Of a DNA stretch of 64,000 nucleotides, positions 13,143 to 25,820 are shown in pieces. The stretch lies in contig CM097885.1 of assembly GCA_044892525.1 (NCBI GenBank), positions 4,650,001-4,714,000 on the forward strand. Direction: 5' to 3'. The notes under the pieces are model-generated. The model was not told the DNA's origin. It saw only the letters and a list, made by a program, of their open reading frames with translations, and did no database searches. The position numbers and the translations under genes were made by a program. Origin of the DNA: Schmidtea polychroa (Eukaryota). Numbering within the stretch: the first letter of the stretch is position 1; each line of letters opens with the position of its first letter.

Positions 13143-13837
13143 TATTATTGATTGTCCATTATTAATTGTGCATTATTGATTGTGCAGTATTGATTGTGCA
13201 TTATTGATTATGCGTTATTGGTTGTCCATTATTGATTGTGCATTATTGATTGTGCATTATTGATTATGCATTATTGATTGTGCATTATTGATTATGCGTT
13301 ATTGGTTGTCCATTATTGATTGTGCATTATTGATTGTGCATTATTGATTATGCATTATTGATTATGCATTATTGATTGTGCAGTATTGATTGTGCAGTAT
13401 TGATTGTGCAGTATTGATTATGCGTTATTGATTGTGCATTATTGATTGTGCAGTATTGATTGTGCATTATTGATTATGCATTGTTGATTATGCATTATTG
13501 ATTATGCATTATTGATTGTGCAGTATTGATTGTGTAGTATTGATTGTGCATTATTTATTGTGCAGTATTGATTGTACATTATTTATTGTGCAGTATTGAT
13601 TGTACATTATTGATTGTGCATTATTGATTATGCATTATTGATTATGCATTGTTGATTATGCATTATTGATTGTGCATTATTGATTGTGCAGTATTGATTA
13701 TGCATTATTGATTATGCATTGTTGATTATGCATTATTGATTATGCATTATTGATTATGTATTATTGATTATGCATTATTGATTGTGCATTATTGATTGTG
13801 CATTATTTATTGTGTAGTATTGATTGTGCATTATTGA
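13143..13837. repeat. 14-bp tandem repeat (CATTATTGATTGTG variants), about 50 copies
   Basis: Directly visible array inside Lox5 intron 2. Confidence 0.9.
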
Positions 13838-16139
13838 ATTTAATTATTTATCGTTTCGCCTCGAAAACTTTATCCAGAATATAGAAAGTGTGGTTTATTT
13901 TTTTATATTAATAAAATTTGTTTATAGTATTTAAATTTGTAATTTTTATACATTACATACACCCCAATCGTCCTCACACTACTTATTGAGTGTCTCTTTC
14001 GGGCCTACAGTTTTTATTATATATAATACACATTATACATGCGCCATTATTACGTCATTATTCCTTTGTTCCCATGAGAAATTATTTTAAAATTTGTTAC
14101 TTAGAAATATTACTTTGTTGAATAATAAAATTAATTTTAATTAATATTTAATTATAACGGAAAGCCATGTCGGAGAGTAGCGGATGTCGGCATAGCTTCT
14201 AGATGAAAGGAGATTTGTGAACGTCACATATTATTGCCTTAATTAAGAAATTATTCGGATTATGAAATGTAAATTTGCAAATTTTCCATTCCTTATCTAT
14301 TATCAGAACCACAAAGTTGATGTTCACAAGTATAATTCTGACTCCATGACACTCGGATAAACAAACCAGTCCGTGGCCGGTCCAGTTGGCCGGGTGCAAC
14401 TTGTCAAATTGGAATATTATCGTAACTTCTATAATATTCTTTCAAAATTTAACATATTTAATTAAATTATCTTTTCTGTTAAATCTGAACCAGTATTTAT
14501 NNNNNNNNNNNNNNNNNNNNNNNNNNNNNNNNNNNNNNNNNNNNNNNNNNNNNNNNNNNNNNNNNNNNNNNNNNNNNNNNNNNNNNNNNNNNNNNNNNNN
14601 NNNNNNNNNNNNNNNNNNNNNNNNNNNNNNNNNNNNNNNNNNNNNNNNNNNNNNNNNNNNNNNNNNNNNNNNNNNNNNNNNNNNNNNNNNNNNNNNNNNN
14701 NNNNNNNNNNNNNNNNNNNNNNNNNNNNNNNNNNNNNNNNNNNNNNNNNNCGAATGCAACATCTTTATAATATAAAATCGTCAACTAAGTTAATTAAAAT
14801 GTAGCATTTGTATTAAATATGTTATTCGCAGCAAAAGGNNNNNNNNNNNNNNNNNNNNNNNNNNNNNNNNNNNNNNNNNNNNNNNNNNNNNNNNNNNNNN
14901 NNNNNNNNNNNNNNNNNNNNNNNNNNNNNNNNNNNNNNNNNNNNNNNNNNNNNNNNNNNNNNNNNNNNNNNNNNNNNNNNNNNNNNNNNNNNNNNNNNNN
15001 NNNNNNNNNNNNNNNNNNNNNNNNNNNNNNNNNNNNNNAAAATACCGAAAAAGAGAATAAAAGCATGATAACTAAAGCAATTTGAAAAAATAATATAAAG
15101 TTTATAATTTCTATTGCTTGAAATTTGTGTTTATCTGACCCTTTGAAGGCAAAAGTTTAAACAGGTTTGCATTTGACCTGAATTCACTTGGTATGAACTT
15201 ATTTCTTTTATAAAAATACAAAATTTTTTTTAAAATTAAGATCTCCGACCTTACAATAGCGGTTCGCGAGCTGCATTCCAACAGTTCGAGAGCCACAGTG
15301 CAACATCAAAGAGAACGTTAGGAAATATCGTGTCCAAACGAGCACCTGCTAATGGGCTATCATTTAGAGCCAAATTTATTCGGGAATCAATTCTTAAATG
15401 TCGTTATACTTTACCTATGAACGAATTCGGTGTCAGAATGCTTGTCCAATTTAAATTTTTTAGAACAAAAAAATAAATGACGATCCTACTTGAAGTTAGA
15501 ATTAAACAAAATATACAATTAAGCATCACATTGGACTAATGGACCAGTAATGATATGAAGAGGTACATAAACATCAATTTGCACGGTCATGGCAAGAAAT
15601 TGTTATTTAATCTTGGTCTAGTTAGAGTGTTTGGATCATGTTGAGCATCTGGTATAAGACTTCGTGGACATAAGATTTATCATTGTTAAAAACTGATTAT
15701 GTTTCAAAGAGCTAAGATCTAGAAGTTGAAGATTCAAAATACATCGTATGAATAGAAATCGAAGAATCAGGACATATTCCCATTGCAAAAGAGTTGGATA
15801 AGATTCTAACTAAAAGCATTGGAGGAAGGGAAAGTAAAATTTGATATTAATAAGTTGAAATAAGAATTTACTTTATTAAAAACAGAGAAAAGAGCAAATA
15901 ATTTGTACAAACTTTACGAGGATCTTTTAGTACTAAACCGACTTCAGAAAGAGAATTTTTGTCTGGAAGGTTTTGTATTTGACAAATCACTGAATTGCTT
16001 GATATTCTTAAAAGCATTTTTTTTGAAATAGCAAATGCTATTAGCAATTCTTTATTATTATTTTATTTATTACTACTAATTTCATGATTTGTATTATTTA
16101 ATTGATTATAACAATTACTAAATAATGGCATCGATTAAA

Positions 16140-16800
16140 ATATAAGTAAAACCCCAATCCAACTATAATACATTTCCACAGATACTCACTATCGACATCA
16201 GGTAGAATTGAAATTCAAACTAAATCGATCTAACTTGCTTTTGTTCGAACAAACTAAATCATTAATTTTTTAAATTATATTTTGCTAAAAATATTAAAAT
16301 TCTATCCATATGTATTCAATGTTGTAAGGTTGTTTCTAATTCTTGCTTCGTTAACTTCGTGTTTGTTAGTGGATTTCAAGTTCTACTTATATTGTGTTCG
16401 GATCTTGGTTATGAATATATATGTTATTGGTGCAATGCCACATACATTGGAATGACTGTCCGTCATCTCCGTTAGCATGTTCCTGATCACTATCGACTGA
16501 AGGAATTGATTAATATTAGTAAATACAATTTTGTGAAAAATTATTAATATGCTGTTTGATTTTGACTTTTATAAGTTTGAAACTTTTAAAAATTTTAAAA
16601 ATTTTAATTGAGAAAACAGAATTTATGATTTTGTAACAAAATATAATTTTAAAAAATGAATGAATTAGTTTATTTGAAAAATAACAATTTAGATTGATTT
16701 AGTTTGATTTTCAATTCTACCTGATGATGACAGTGAGTCTGTGGAAATGTATTGTAGTTTATATATATATATATATATTGGATTGGTGTTTTTACTTATA
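16140..16800 (+). mobile_element. 5'-truncated Penelope-like element: inverted pLTR copy, GIY-YIG remnant, 3' pLTR
   Basis: From 16323 it reads CKVVSNSCFVNFVFVSGFQVLLILCSDLGYEYICYWCNATYIGMTVRHLR*HVPDHYRLK, homologous to ORF 45694..46035. About 16140-16250 is an inverted copy of about 16690-16800. Confidence 0.75.
16717..16757 (+). ncRNA. Minimal type-I hammerhead ribozyme-like motif in the PLE pLTR
   Basis: CTAC-CTGATGA-T-GACAG-TGAGT-CTGTG-GAAA-TGTA-TT-GTAG: intact CUGANGA and GAAA core, stem I CTAC/GTAG, stem II ACAG/CTGT. Confidence 0.6.
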
Positions 16801-18699
16801 TTTAAATGCTGTTTCTTTATATTCTTATTGGCCAAAGTAGAACTTTATTTTGTTAATTTCATTAATTACTGAATTTTCTTTTAAAAAATATATTTTTTGT
16901 AAATTAAAATTTTGATTTTTTATTTGGGATCGGCAGTTCCCAATTATAAGATTTCGGATTCACTGACTCAAATACAGGCCGCGTTTTGACAAATTCTAAT
17001 CGTAATANNNNNNNNNNNNNNNNNNNNNNNNNNNNNNNNNNNNNNNNNNNNNNNNNNNNNNNNNNNNNNNNNNNNNNNNNNNNNNNNNNNNNNNNNNNNN
17101 NNNNNNNNNNNNNNNNNNNNNNNNNNNNNNNNNNNNNNNNNATCAACAAAACCTAGACCACAGCAGCTCCTTCTTTTCCATTTATTTCATTTCATAATAA
17201 ATTTTTAATTTTTAATATATATTTTAATTTTATCTCTGTCGTAATGTTTTTGAAAATTTTAATAAAATATCTTTTTGAATCAATTTAATACGATTTTTGA
17301 TAAAATTTGATTACGATTATTAGTTGTTAATTTGTTAGTATTATTATTTTCATTTAGTTGTGATTGATACGATTCTTAGCCTGAAGAAAACTGTTAAACG
17401 GTCGAAAAAAATAGCAATGTTATATTTTAANNNNNNNNNNNNNNNNNNNNNNNNNNNNNNNNNNNNNNNNNNNNNNNNNNNNNNNNNNNNNNNNNNNNNN
17501 NNNNNNNNNNNNNNNNNNNNNNNNNNNNNNNNNNNNNNNNNNNNNNNNNNNNNNNNNNNNNNNNNNNNNNNNNNNNNNNNNNNNNNNNNNNNNNNNNNNN
17601 NNNNNNNNNNNNNNNNNNNNNNNNNNNNNNNNNNNNNNNNNNNNNNNNNNNNNNNNNTGTCCCAGAAATGCAATTGTTACATAGCAATTTCGCAATCAAC
17701 CTTAATCCTGAGGATTTATTATGCTATGATGTAATTACTACATTATTATATAGTACTTGCATAATCTATGTACTATTGTGTACTAATTGGGTAGATTACA
17801 TGCAAAAATAGGTACATGCGAAAAGAAACAGTTCTCACATAAAAAGAAACAAGAAATAAGAAACATGGATATATTGACAAATAAAACTAAAAATGTAACA
17901 GTGAAATTTTTCTCAAAGAAGCCTAAAATATTTAACTGTCAAACAGCTTTACAATGTTTGACGAAGAAACGAAGAAAAGTAAGGTCATCAACACCCTTTG
18001 ATATAAGGTTCATAATGTCACAGCGTTCCTGCAATGTTGGGAATGCCTGGCTCATAGGGTCATTCATAAGTAAGTCATAAATTATTATGACACCTTTAAA
18101 AAATGTTGACATTCGGTCATATAATTTGTCCTCAATCATAATTTTATAATAAACACATGAAAATTGAATAAATAAATGCACCAATATGTCATTTAGATTA
18201 TTTGTAATTTTGCATTATTTTATAATTCTCAGTAACTCTAATGAAATATGGCAAAGCTAATATTGTGAAACAATTCAAATGAAAATATGAGAGTGAAATC
18301 CAAATATTAGGATTGGTATAGTTTGTGTAGCATTTTGTCAGAACCGATTTTCTGCTTACCTACTCGTGCATTTGAACTTTGACTCAACAAAAATCAGGGA
18401 TAATTATTGAGAGGTTCCTTCCTAATCATCATACTTCCCAAACCTCCAACCATCAAAATACCACCTACTTTACTCGATACAACATTTCAGTATTAGAAAG
18501 GAAATCATACATCAAGATGCAATTTGTGAAACATTCAAAGAGATTTTCGGTAGTAATGAGAAAGATATTTTGAAAGAGGGATTGACAACTTTTGTCCCTT
18601 TTGACAACAAGTTGTAGAAGGCAATGGAAAGTATGATGTAAAGGTTATGTAATCTTTGAAAAGAATATTAAGAAACGACATTACCTTCCAAATGATATA

Positions 18700-19600
18700 A
18701 TAGACCTAGTTTCAAGAACAATTTCTTACGTAAGCTCCTATATAAATCATGACATTTGTAATGTCCTAAGGAAGTATATGAAACGTATTTAGATATAGGC
18801 TTTATAGAGAGCCCCAACAAGGTGGACAAAGTGGAAACTGTGTTATTGGTACATTTGTTGTCTTGTAATTTGGTATGGTGTTTAGCAATTAGTTACTTAG
18901 CAATTACAATCCACAGCTTTCAATATTAGCTTTACACTTGCTTCACTGTTTTAAGAGGTTGCAGAGAAGAGGTTTCAGATAAATGCAAATTGCAGCCCTT
19001 CAAATAACCGCAGAGCTTCCTAAACAAGTAGTGACCTTTGCTAGATCAAAGGTTATAGAAGAATGATTGAAAGGTATATCGACTGTATAAATTGATATTA
19101 AAATGGTATATGAACTTGATTTGAAAGAAATTGCTAACGGATTTGTGTCGTTACCCTTTAAACACTGAGTTTCCTAGGGATTTGGCTTCTTAATTTTGAG
19201 CTTCCAGATACATTTATGGATTTAACCTGACTTTTAGATCAACACTTATTTGATCAACATGCTTACTGGCCTGAAGGGTTTAAAGGGTTGAAGGTAAAAT
19301 TGCGATTTTTCAATAGAGTCAAATTTGTTTAGCAATGATAACTTTGTCTCCAAACTTGCCTATTGGGTTGGCATTTTCAAAAATCTGAGTGATGATTCGA
19401 AGAGATAAAGTGAAAACGTTCATGGAGATATTATACTATATTTCCTTTCTAAGATCGCCCTTGCATCAGAAATGATTTAGAAGCGAAACAAAATCTTTCT
19501 ATTCCTCATTTGCAAAGTTTTCTAAAGCACTTTTTTATATTATTTCAATGATGGGGATTTCTAAACTTCCAAAACGTACAGAATTCATTCAGCCTTGACC
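18700..19600 (+). pseudogene. Heavily decayed hAT (Buster/SCAND3-like) transposase fragment
   Basis: Near 19340 it reads FVSKLAYWVGIFKNL, resembling the KLAYLxDIFxKLN motif. The rest is riddled with stops and the boundaries are approximate. Confidence 0.35.
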
Positions 19601-21450
19601 ACCATTATAGTTTCCAATTGACAGCTTTAATAGAAGAACAAATGATAGAATTTTCATGAAACAGTTCATTGGAAATAAGGTTTGTATCTGAAACCCTTGT
19701 TAACCTTTTGTTAAATATGAGTGAAGAGTCTAATACTTTGTCAAGGAAGTTCTGTTGCTTTTTGTAGCATCTTATTTATATAAAACTGTGTTTATGCCCT
19801 TGGTGCTTTAATATCAAAATATAGAAGGTGTTTAGTGGTGAAAAATGAGCTTAGTATTGGCAGTCCATCGTTTAACCCACGATTTGAAGCCCTCTGTCTG
19901 GGTACACAACCCCATTCATTGCATTGAAAATTAATTGACAGATTTGTGCTGTATTATAAGAGGACCTGGAAAAAATGTTTTTATATGGGGTGCAGTATCA
20001 TACCTTTGTAAACCATTGTCCTATGCAATCATGTTATGAATGGCTTGATGCTCGCATATTATTCAATGAAACAATATTATCCGTCTGCACTCGGAGTTTT
20101 AACCTTGTTATACATACTAGTGTATTCACTGCAAAAGGATTGTGAAATATATCTAACCTGTCCTGCAGGTGCGGCCTTTTAATAATCAATTGCAAATAAT
20201 TTAGAAATAAAAACATTTGCTTTCATCTAGATTTTATAAGAGGGGAAGGTAGCAAATAAACATATTAAGAGTTTTATAGCTAAGTTAATTGTTTGGTAGA
20301 ATTTGCAAAGTTTCTATGAACTGTCAGCTTTGCAAATATGGGAAATTATCAGCTGGGTCCATTTTATTAGTGTATTCATATTTCGGATAGAAGGAACAGA
20401 GGTTGAGGTCTAAGGTTTTATACTTTACAATGTTATACTTTTATAGAAAATGTTGACGTAGTCATCCTAGGATTTCTAATCCGGAATAAATAAAAAACTT
20501 TAAAATTTTTAAATTATACAAATATCTGGCTAAAGTCATCCTTACTAGCGGAATAATCAAAATTTGCGTGACAGAGCACGGGAGAATTTAGTAATAGGCC
20601 TGCAGTTACCCATACCCAGTTATACCCTTTAATCTCAATACTCTCCCGATAATGTTTAATTAATATTTACCCATCATTCATAAAACTAATAACTAATGCC
20701 TCCTAAAATTCTTCCTTGCCTCCACGCCATAGAACCTAAATATGTGCCCGGTGTATGTACTAGGTACATAGAATAAATCTTATTTGATTTTGGAATATGT
20801 TTATTAATAATTTACAATAGCCCCCAAGTTATAATTGAGTGGATCTCCATCTTACCCAAAAAAGGCTATGAGTTTGAGAATATAGTGTGAGGGTGTGCGC
20901 TATTATTGATGGCGGGTTATGAATAAAGAATGATTGGTCATTCGGATCTGTTTCCGTTCAGAAATTCAAAAGGCAGACAATAAACTTAAAGCTCAAAAGT
21001 AAAAAAACAAAAAGAGAAAGACATCATTTGTTTTAATAAGAAATTGTTGGATCGAGATCTAAAATGCAAAAACGAGAGCCGAGTATATCAGAATAAGCCC
21101 TTCATATGATTGTCTTATACACATTTGGAACTTTAGAAAAATTTACTTTTGCAGAGTTATTTTTATCTCTAATTAATTTTCATTGTTTTGTTTAAATGAT
21201 CTTCCCAATTATTTTGAATTCATGTAAAATTCAGAAAAGTTATGAACAAATTAAGGGGGAGGGGTTGCAGAAGTGCCGTGGCGCTTAGCGTAAAATTCCA
21301 TAAATTTCAAATTTTCTAATTACTCCAAAAATTTCATGTTTTAAAATTTAAATTCATTGTTTAATTTTTCATTTAAAAATAATTTTATATCATAATTATT
21401 ATTTGTTTTAATATTTGAATTGTCACTGGAATATATTTGAAATACTTTAA

Positions 21451-21934
21451 CCCTTTGACCACTGTCGGGACATATATGCCCCAGTCAAATTAAAAAAAAA
21501 TAGATGCCTTATTCTCTGAGCTATTACAACCAACGCTTGTCCCACTCGTGTTTATAGTATTTTCGACTAGTTTCGTTATTTCATTCGTTGTCACAGTTTA
21601 CAGCATGTGCTTTGTGAAATAGTGGTTATAATACCTACATTATTGTTTATTTTGGGAAGTATTTATATCAAAAGGTAAGCACATTTATTTTTTTTGTGTA
21701 TATATTTATATTTTTTTATAAAACTGCATGCAATAATACTTCTTGCCTTACATTTAGTTAGTGGGACGTATATGTCCAGTTTGAAAACACTGTTGGGACA
21801 TATATGTCCCGCACTCAAATTTGCAGCATAGGAAAAATTTAAAATCAACATTACAAGTTTTAAACAAGCTATATAGCTGATTTCTATCGTTAAAGTTACA
21901 GAAATTTCATTTTTTAAAATTCGTCGTCAAAGGG
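21451..21934. mobile_element. piggyBac-type MITE
   Basis: TTAA-CCCTTTGAC...GTCAAAGGG-TTAA, with subterminal GGGACATATATG(T)CCC repeats. Confidence 0.8.
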
Positions 21935-22239
21935 TTAAAGATCTTAAACAATTAAATGATAATTTAAGCCTTTTGCTGCGAATAATATATTGAATACGAA
22001 TTTCAATGAAATTGAAAAGGGCAATCTTTTAGTCGAAAGTTTTTTCATTTGTGTTAAATATATTATTAGCAGCAAAATGCTTGAATTATCATTAAATTGA
22101 TTAACATTTAATTAATGCTGCTACTAAGAAATTATCACCTAATAATTTAAAGAATTATTAAATTTAAATTTGGAGTCGCTAGGGACAAAATTTAAAAAAT
22201 TGAAGCGCAATTGCACTTGTAACAAATTTTTTATAACCG

Positions 22240-22410
22240 TAGTGCAAAAGAAGTTTCAGTAAACCGAAATTAGTCAAAAATTATTTAAGATCAACCATAC
22301 GACAAAAATGCTTGACAAACTTATCAATTGTTTCAATTGAACAGAATGTGGTCAGATCTTTTAGTTACGACCGTATCGCATATGATTTTGTGTCATCTAT
22401 AGTAGTGTTT
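22240..22410 (+). pseudogene. hAT transposase C-terminal dimerisation-domain remnant
   Basis: KRSFSKPKLVKNYLRSTIRQKCLTNLSIVSIEQNVVRSFSYDRIAYDFVSS matches the ERSFSKLKLIKNYLRSTM..RL motif. Confidence 0.7.
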
Positions 22411-22433
22411 CTTAAACGTCTGCACACAACGGG

Positions 22434-22977
22434 CATGGACGTAGCTAAGGGGCACTTGCCCCCCCCCCCCCAAATAAATTATGGATTATCAAATATAAAT
22501 TAGGGTACAAAAAATTTAAAGAAATTAAAATCAAACCGACTACTGCTATTGATACATTAGCAATATGTAATCCAATATTTTATAAAAATATTTATATTCT
22601 TCTCACAATATTTGCTACTTTGCCGGTATCAGCTTGTACAGCAAGGCGTTGTTTTCATCACTTAAATACCTGAATTCATATTTAAGAAATATTGTGGATG
22701 AAAAAAAGGTTAAACGGTTTGGCTTGGTTATATATTCATCAAGGCATTACAATAAGTTCGGATGAAATACTTTCTGAATTAATGAAAGGACAAAGACAAA
22801 TCAATATTATATTGTAATATATTCTATGTAATATACATTGTTAATAAATAATAATAAATTTGTTAATTATCTTAAAATATTTTTTTCTATTTTTCCGTGT
22901 CAACTTTTAACATTACTCGATGAGTTGCAATAATTAATAATTTTGCGCCCCAGGCTGAAATCCTGGCTACGTCCATG
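22434..22977 (+). mobile_element. Non-autonomous hAT element carrying a dimerisation-domain remnant
   Basis: TIR CATGGACGTAGC / GCTACGTCCATG. Flanks caacgg(-)g and caacggag look like an imperfect 8-bp TSD. Internal ILLTIFATLPVSACTARRCFSSLKYLNSYLRN-like text. Confidence 0.7.
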
Positions 22978-23092
22978 CAACGGAGTGCCACTAAGTTTTT
23001 GTTGAAGATGATAATTAATTTTTGTCTCTTAATCCTTTTGGCCAGTAATCTATTTTGTGATATTTTATTTTTCTCTGAAGTTAAACTAACTT

Positions 23093-23510
23093 TTGCCTAA
23101 ATGTAAGAAATTAAATATAAATATGTATTTTAAACGAGAATACCGAGATGCCAAAGAACTGTTCAACGAAATTCAGAACTGTCAGATGTTACTTACTACT
23201 AGAGATGATGTCTTACCATCGACACATTTGGAATTTATTTCTATCATTGTGTCGCATGGTGATGATGTCTTAGCCAATTTGTGCATTGCTCTGCAAATTA
23301 TTTTAACAATTGTAGTATCAATAGCCAGTTGCTAGCGTTGCTCTGGCAAGCTAAAACTCATTCTCTTATATCTAAGGGCGTTGATGGAACAAGATCGTCT
23401 CTGTGATTTTGCACTTCTCACTATAGAGAAGGAATCAGTTGAAAAAATAGACTGTGATGCTATTATTGACAAATTTGTGGACATGAAGGCGAGAAGAATC
23501 AATTTAGTAT
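23093..23510 (+). pseudogene. hAT (ZMYM1-like) transposase C-terminal remnant
   Basis: LANLCIALQIILTIVVSIASC*RCSGKLKLILLYLRALMEQDRLCDFALLTIEKESVEKIDCDAIIDKFVDMKARRINL. Confidence 0.75.
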
Positions 23511-24422
23511 GATGCATTTTTGGAATGGGTATATTGGGTGATGGTTGACATAGAATAACTGTCGTTGTAGAAGTTAAAATTTATTTTTATTCAAATTGTC
23601 TTTCTTAGGTGTCTTTTTTGGTGGTAGTGTTATTATGTTATATTGAATATTGACTACTGTGCTCCAATGTTTCAGTGACACGTGGGGGCGCAAATTTTAT
23701 ACCTTGCGCCAGGTTAATATTTTGTGGTAAAGATTAAACAAGTTATTGATTAAAGTTACTAAAAAATGAAGGCCGAAGGAAATGTAATAAGAATAATGGT
23801 GAACAAGATAAAAGATTTTGCCGATCCTTGTAAGCTTCAGGACATGTTAATATTTCGTCAAAATAATATATATTTATTTTTGTTTGATTGCACTTTTATC
23901 TTTTATATTCATGTCCCCTTCATAACCTCCTTTCACCATAAGTTACTAGTACAATGTCGATTACCTTTTTTCTTGCCATTTTTGCGTATTTTTGTTACAT
24001 TATTTCAAACCTTTCAGGAGTCACTAAGCATTTACCTTCCTTGAACCTAATATTTAAAACGCCAAAACCTGCATTAAATTAGAAGAATTTACTAGATGTA
24101 CCTCTGGTATGTAAACATGGAGAAATCAGTGAAGTGTGAAAATTGAAGATTTTCCTAACGGTTTCCTATACAATGTAACGACTCGAGTCACGCCAAGGAA
24201 TGCTGTCACATTTGTTGTCGGGCATCGTTTACGCCAGTCAGTTGTTGTGATTCTTGTTGAATGTGCCATCTGTATCATATGTCATTTATTTTCACTTTCC
24301 TGCCTCAGATTTCATTTTTTAAATAAACACAAATTGAGTTTAAAAAAACATTTAAATATAAATTTCTATTGATTTTTAACTGTGAAATCAGTGAAGCGTG
24401 AAAAAATATTAAAAATTCCTAC

Positions 24423-24510
24423 TTGTTAAAATGGAATTCCTTTTCTAACTCAAGGGTTTGATGGCGAGTGTAAGTTTGTCGAGTTCGTTTATTGTTTGAA
24501 CTATTGGGAT
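24423..24510 (-). CDS. Lox5: Lox5 exon 2: linker plus homeodomain N-terminal arm and helix 1
   Basis: tttaag|AT CCC...AAC AA|gtagg = (N)[28 protein letters not shown](K). It is 88 nt and its phases match exons 1 and 3. Confidence 0.93.
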
Positions 24511-24555
24511 CTTAAATACGTTTATAGCTAATGAATGTAACCAATAGTTACTTAC

Positions 24556-25021
24556 TGTCGGCTCCTGATTTCGGATTCATCCATGAGTAGAGCATCACGC
24601 TGTTGTTATTGGAATTTCCGTTATTGTCTGAGGGTTTCGAGTTCAAATTTTCGAAGCTGTTCATTGACGGACAAATGAGATGTCTACAGTTCTGTGAGTA
24701 AGCAGAAAACTGAGAAGTCGGAAGGTGAGGTACTGAGCTGAGATATGATTCATCGAATGAGAGGTCGTGTGGATGGAAATGTGAAGACCAAGAAGAATTC
24801 GGAAACGTTTTGGAATTTGAGTAGAGATTATTGGCGATAAAAGATCCAAAATGATCACTGGAGGGCACTTTTGTCAATGAAACTGGCCAATATCGTCCAA
24901 TACCAGTCGATGGATTGGATTTTGGTAGAGTGTTTGTTGAATGGTGAGCTGAGGGTCTCGATGCTGAGAGTTTATTTGGAGAGGTTTGAAAGGGATTTTG
25001 AATATTCTGATCAACGTGCAT
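24556..25021 (-). CDS. Lox5: Lox5 exon 1 with hexapeptide
   Basis: ORF MHVDQNIQNPF...SVMLYSWMNPKSGAD (YPWM-type hexapeptide). Donor GAC A|gtaagt, followed by a 45-nt intron. Confidence 0.88.
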
Positions 25022-25750
25022 TATATCGACTTCAATAGTCTATCTGTGATTTATGTATATTGTGCATTCCTATAAGAGTCAAATCCAGATTCCACGATGG
25101 AAAAATTGACCAATCAAATCTCTCTAAAAGATCATTAACAAGTATTGCCGGTATTGCCGGAGAGGTGTGCTTTCACAGTTTCTCTCGTTACGTGTGACCA
25201 GCTAGTGGTTCATCCTGTCAGTGTCTAACCTCCATTAATCTGGGAAAACTAGAGAAAGTTGCCATTAGCCGATAATGCGAACCAATATAATTAATATTCA
25301 TTTTCCATCAACCAGCATTTACAGAGAATCAACCATATGCCGTGATTATCCGGGACACATGTTTCCAATGCCCCTAGCCGTGACCACAAAGGAGCTCCGT
25401 GTGCGGAGGAAATGGTACAGTGATTTTGTTGAGTAGGGAATCAAGTTGTTTCAATTCTTGTCAAATACGCTCGCTGGCTTTCCTTTAATTCGTTGATAGG
25501 GAAAGGTAAGATGGATTGATAAAATATGTTGATATTCAATTCTGGAAAATATTCCTAGTCGGAGCCCCAAGAGATNNNNNNNNNNNNNNNNNNNNNNNNN
25601 NNNNNNNNNNNNNNNNNNNNNNNNNNNNNNNNNNNNNNNNNNNNNNNNNNNNNNNNNNNNNNNNNNNNNNNNNNNNNNNNNNNNNNNNNNNNNNNNNNNN
25701 NNNNNNNNNNNNNNNNTAGAAGTGTCCTTGGATAATGACAGTGGATAGGT

Positions 25751-25820
25751 CGCGGTGAAAAATCAAAGCCGAAAAATAAAGCGGTTACATCAAAGGGAGC
25801 TTTGATTGCAAACCGCCAAT
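25751..25820. promoter_or_regulatory. Candidate Wnt-response element: three TCF/LEF sites plus helper-like sites
   Basis: ATCAAAG 25762-25768, ATCAAAG 25789-25795 and CTTTGAT 25800-25806, interleaved with GCCG, GCGG and CCGCC. Confidence 0.55.
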
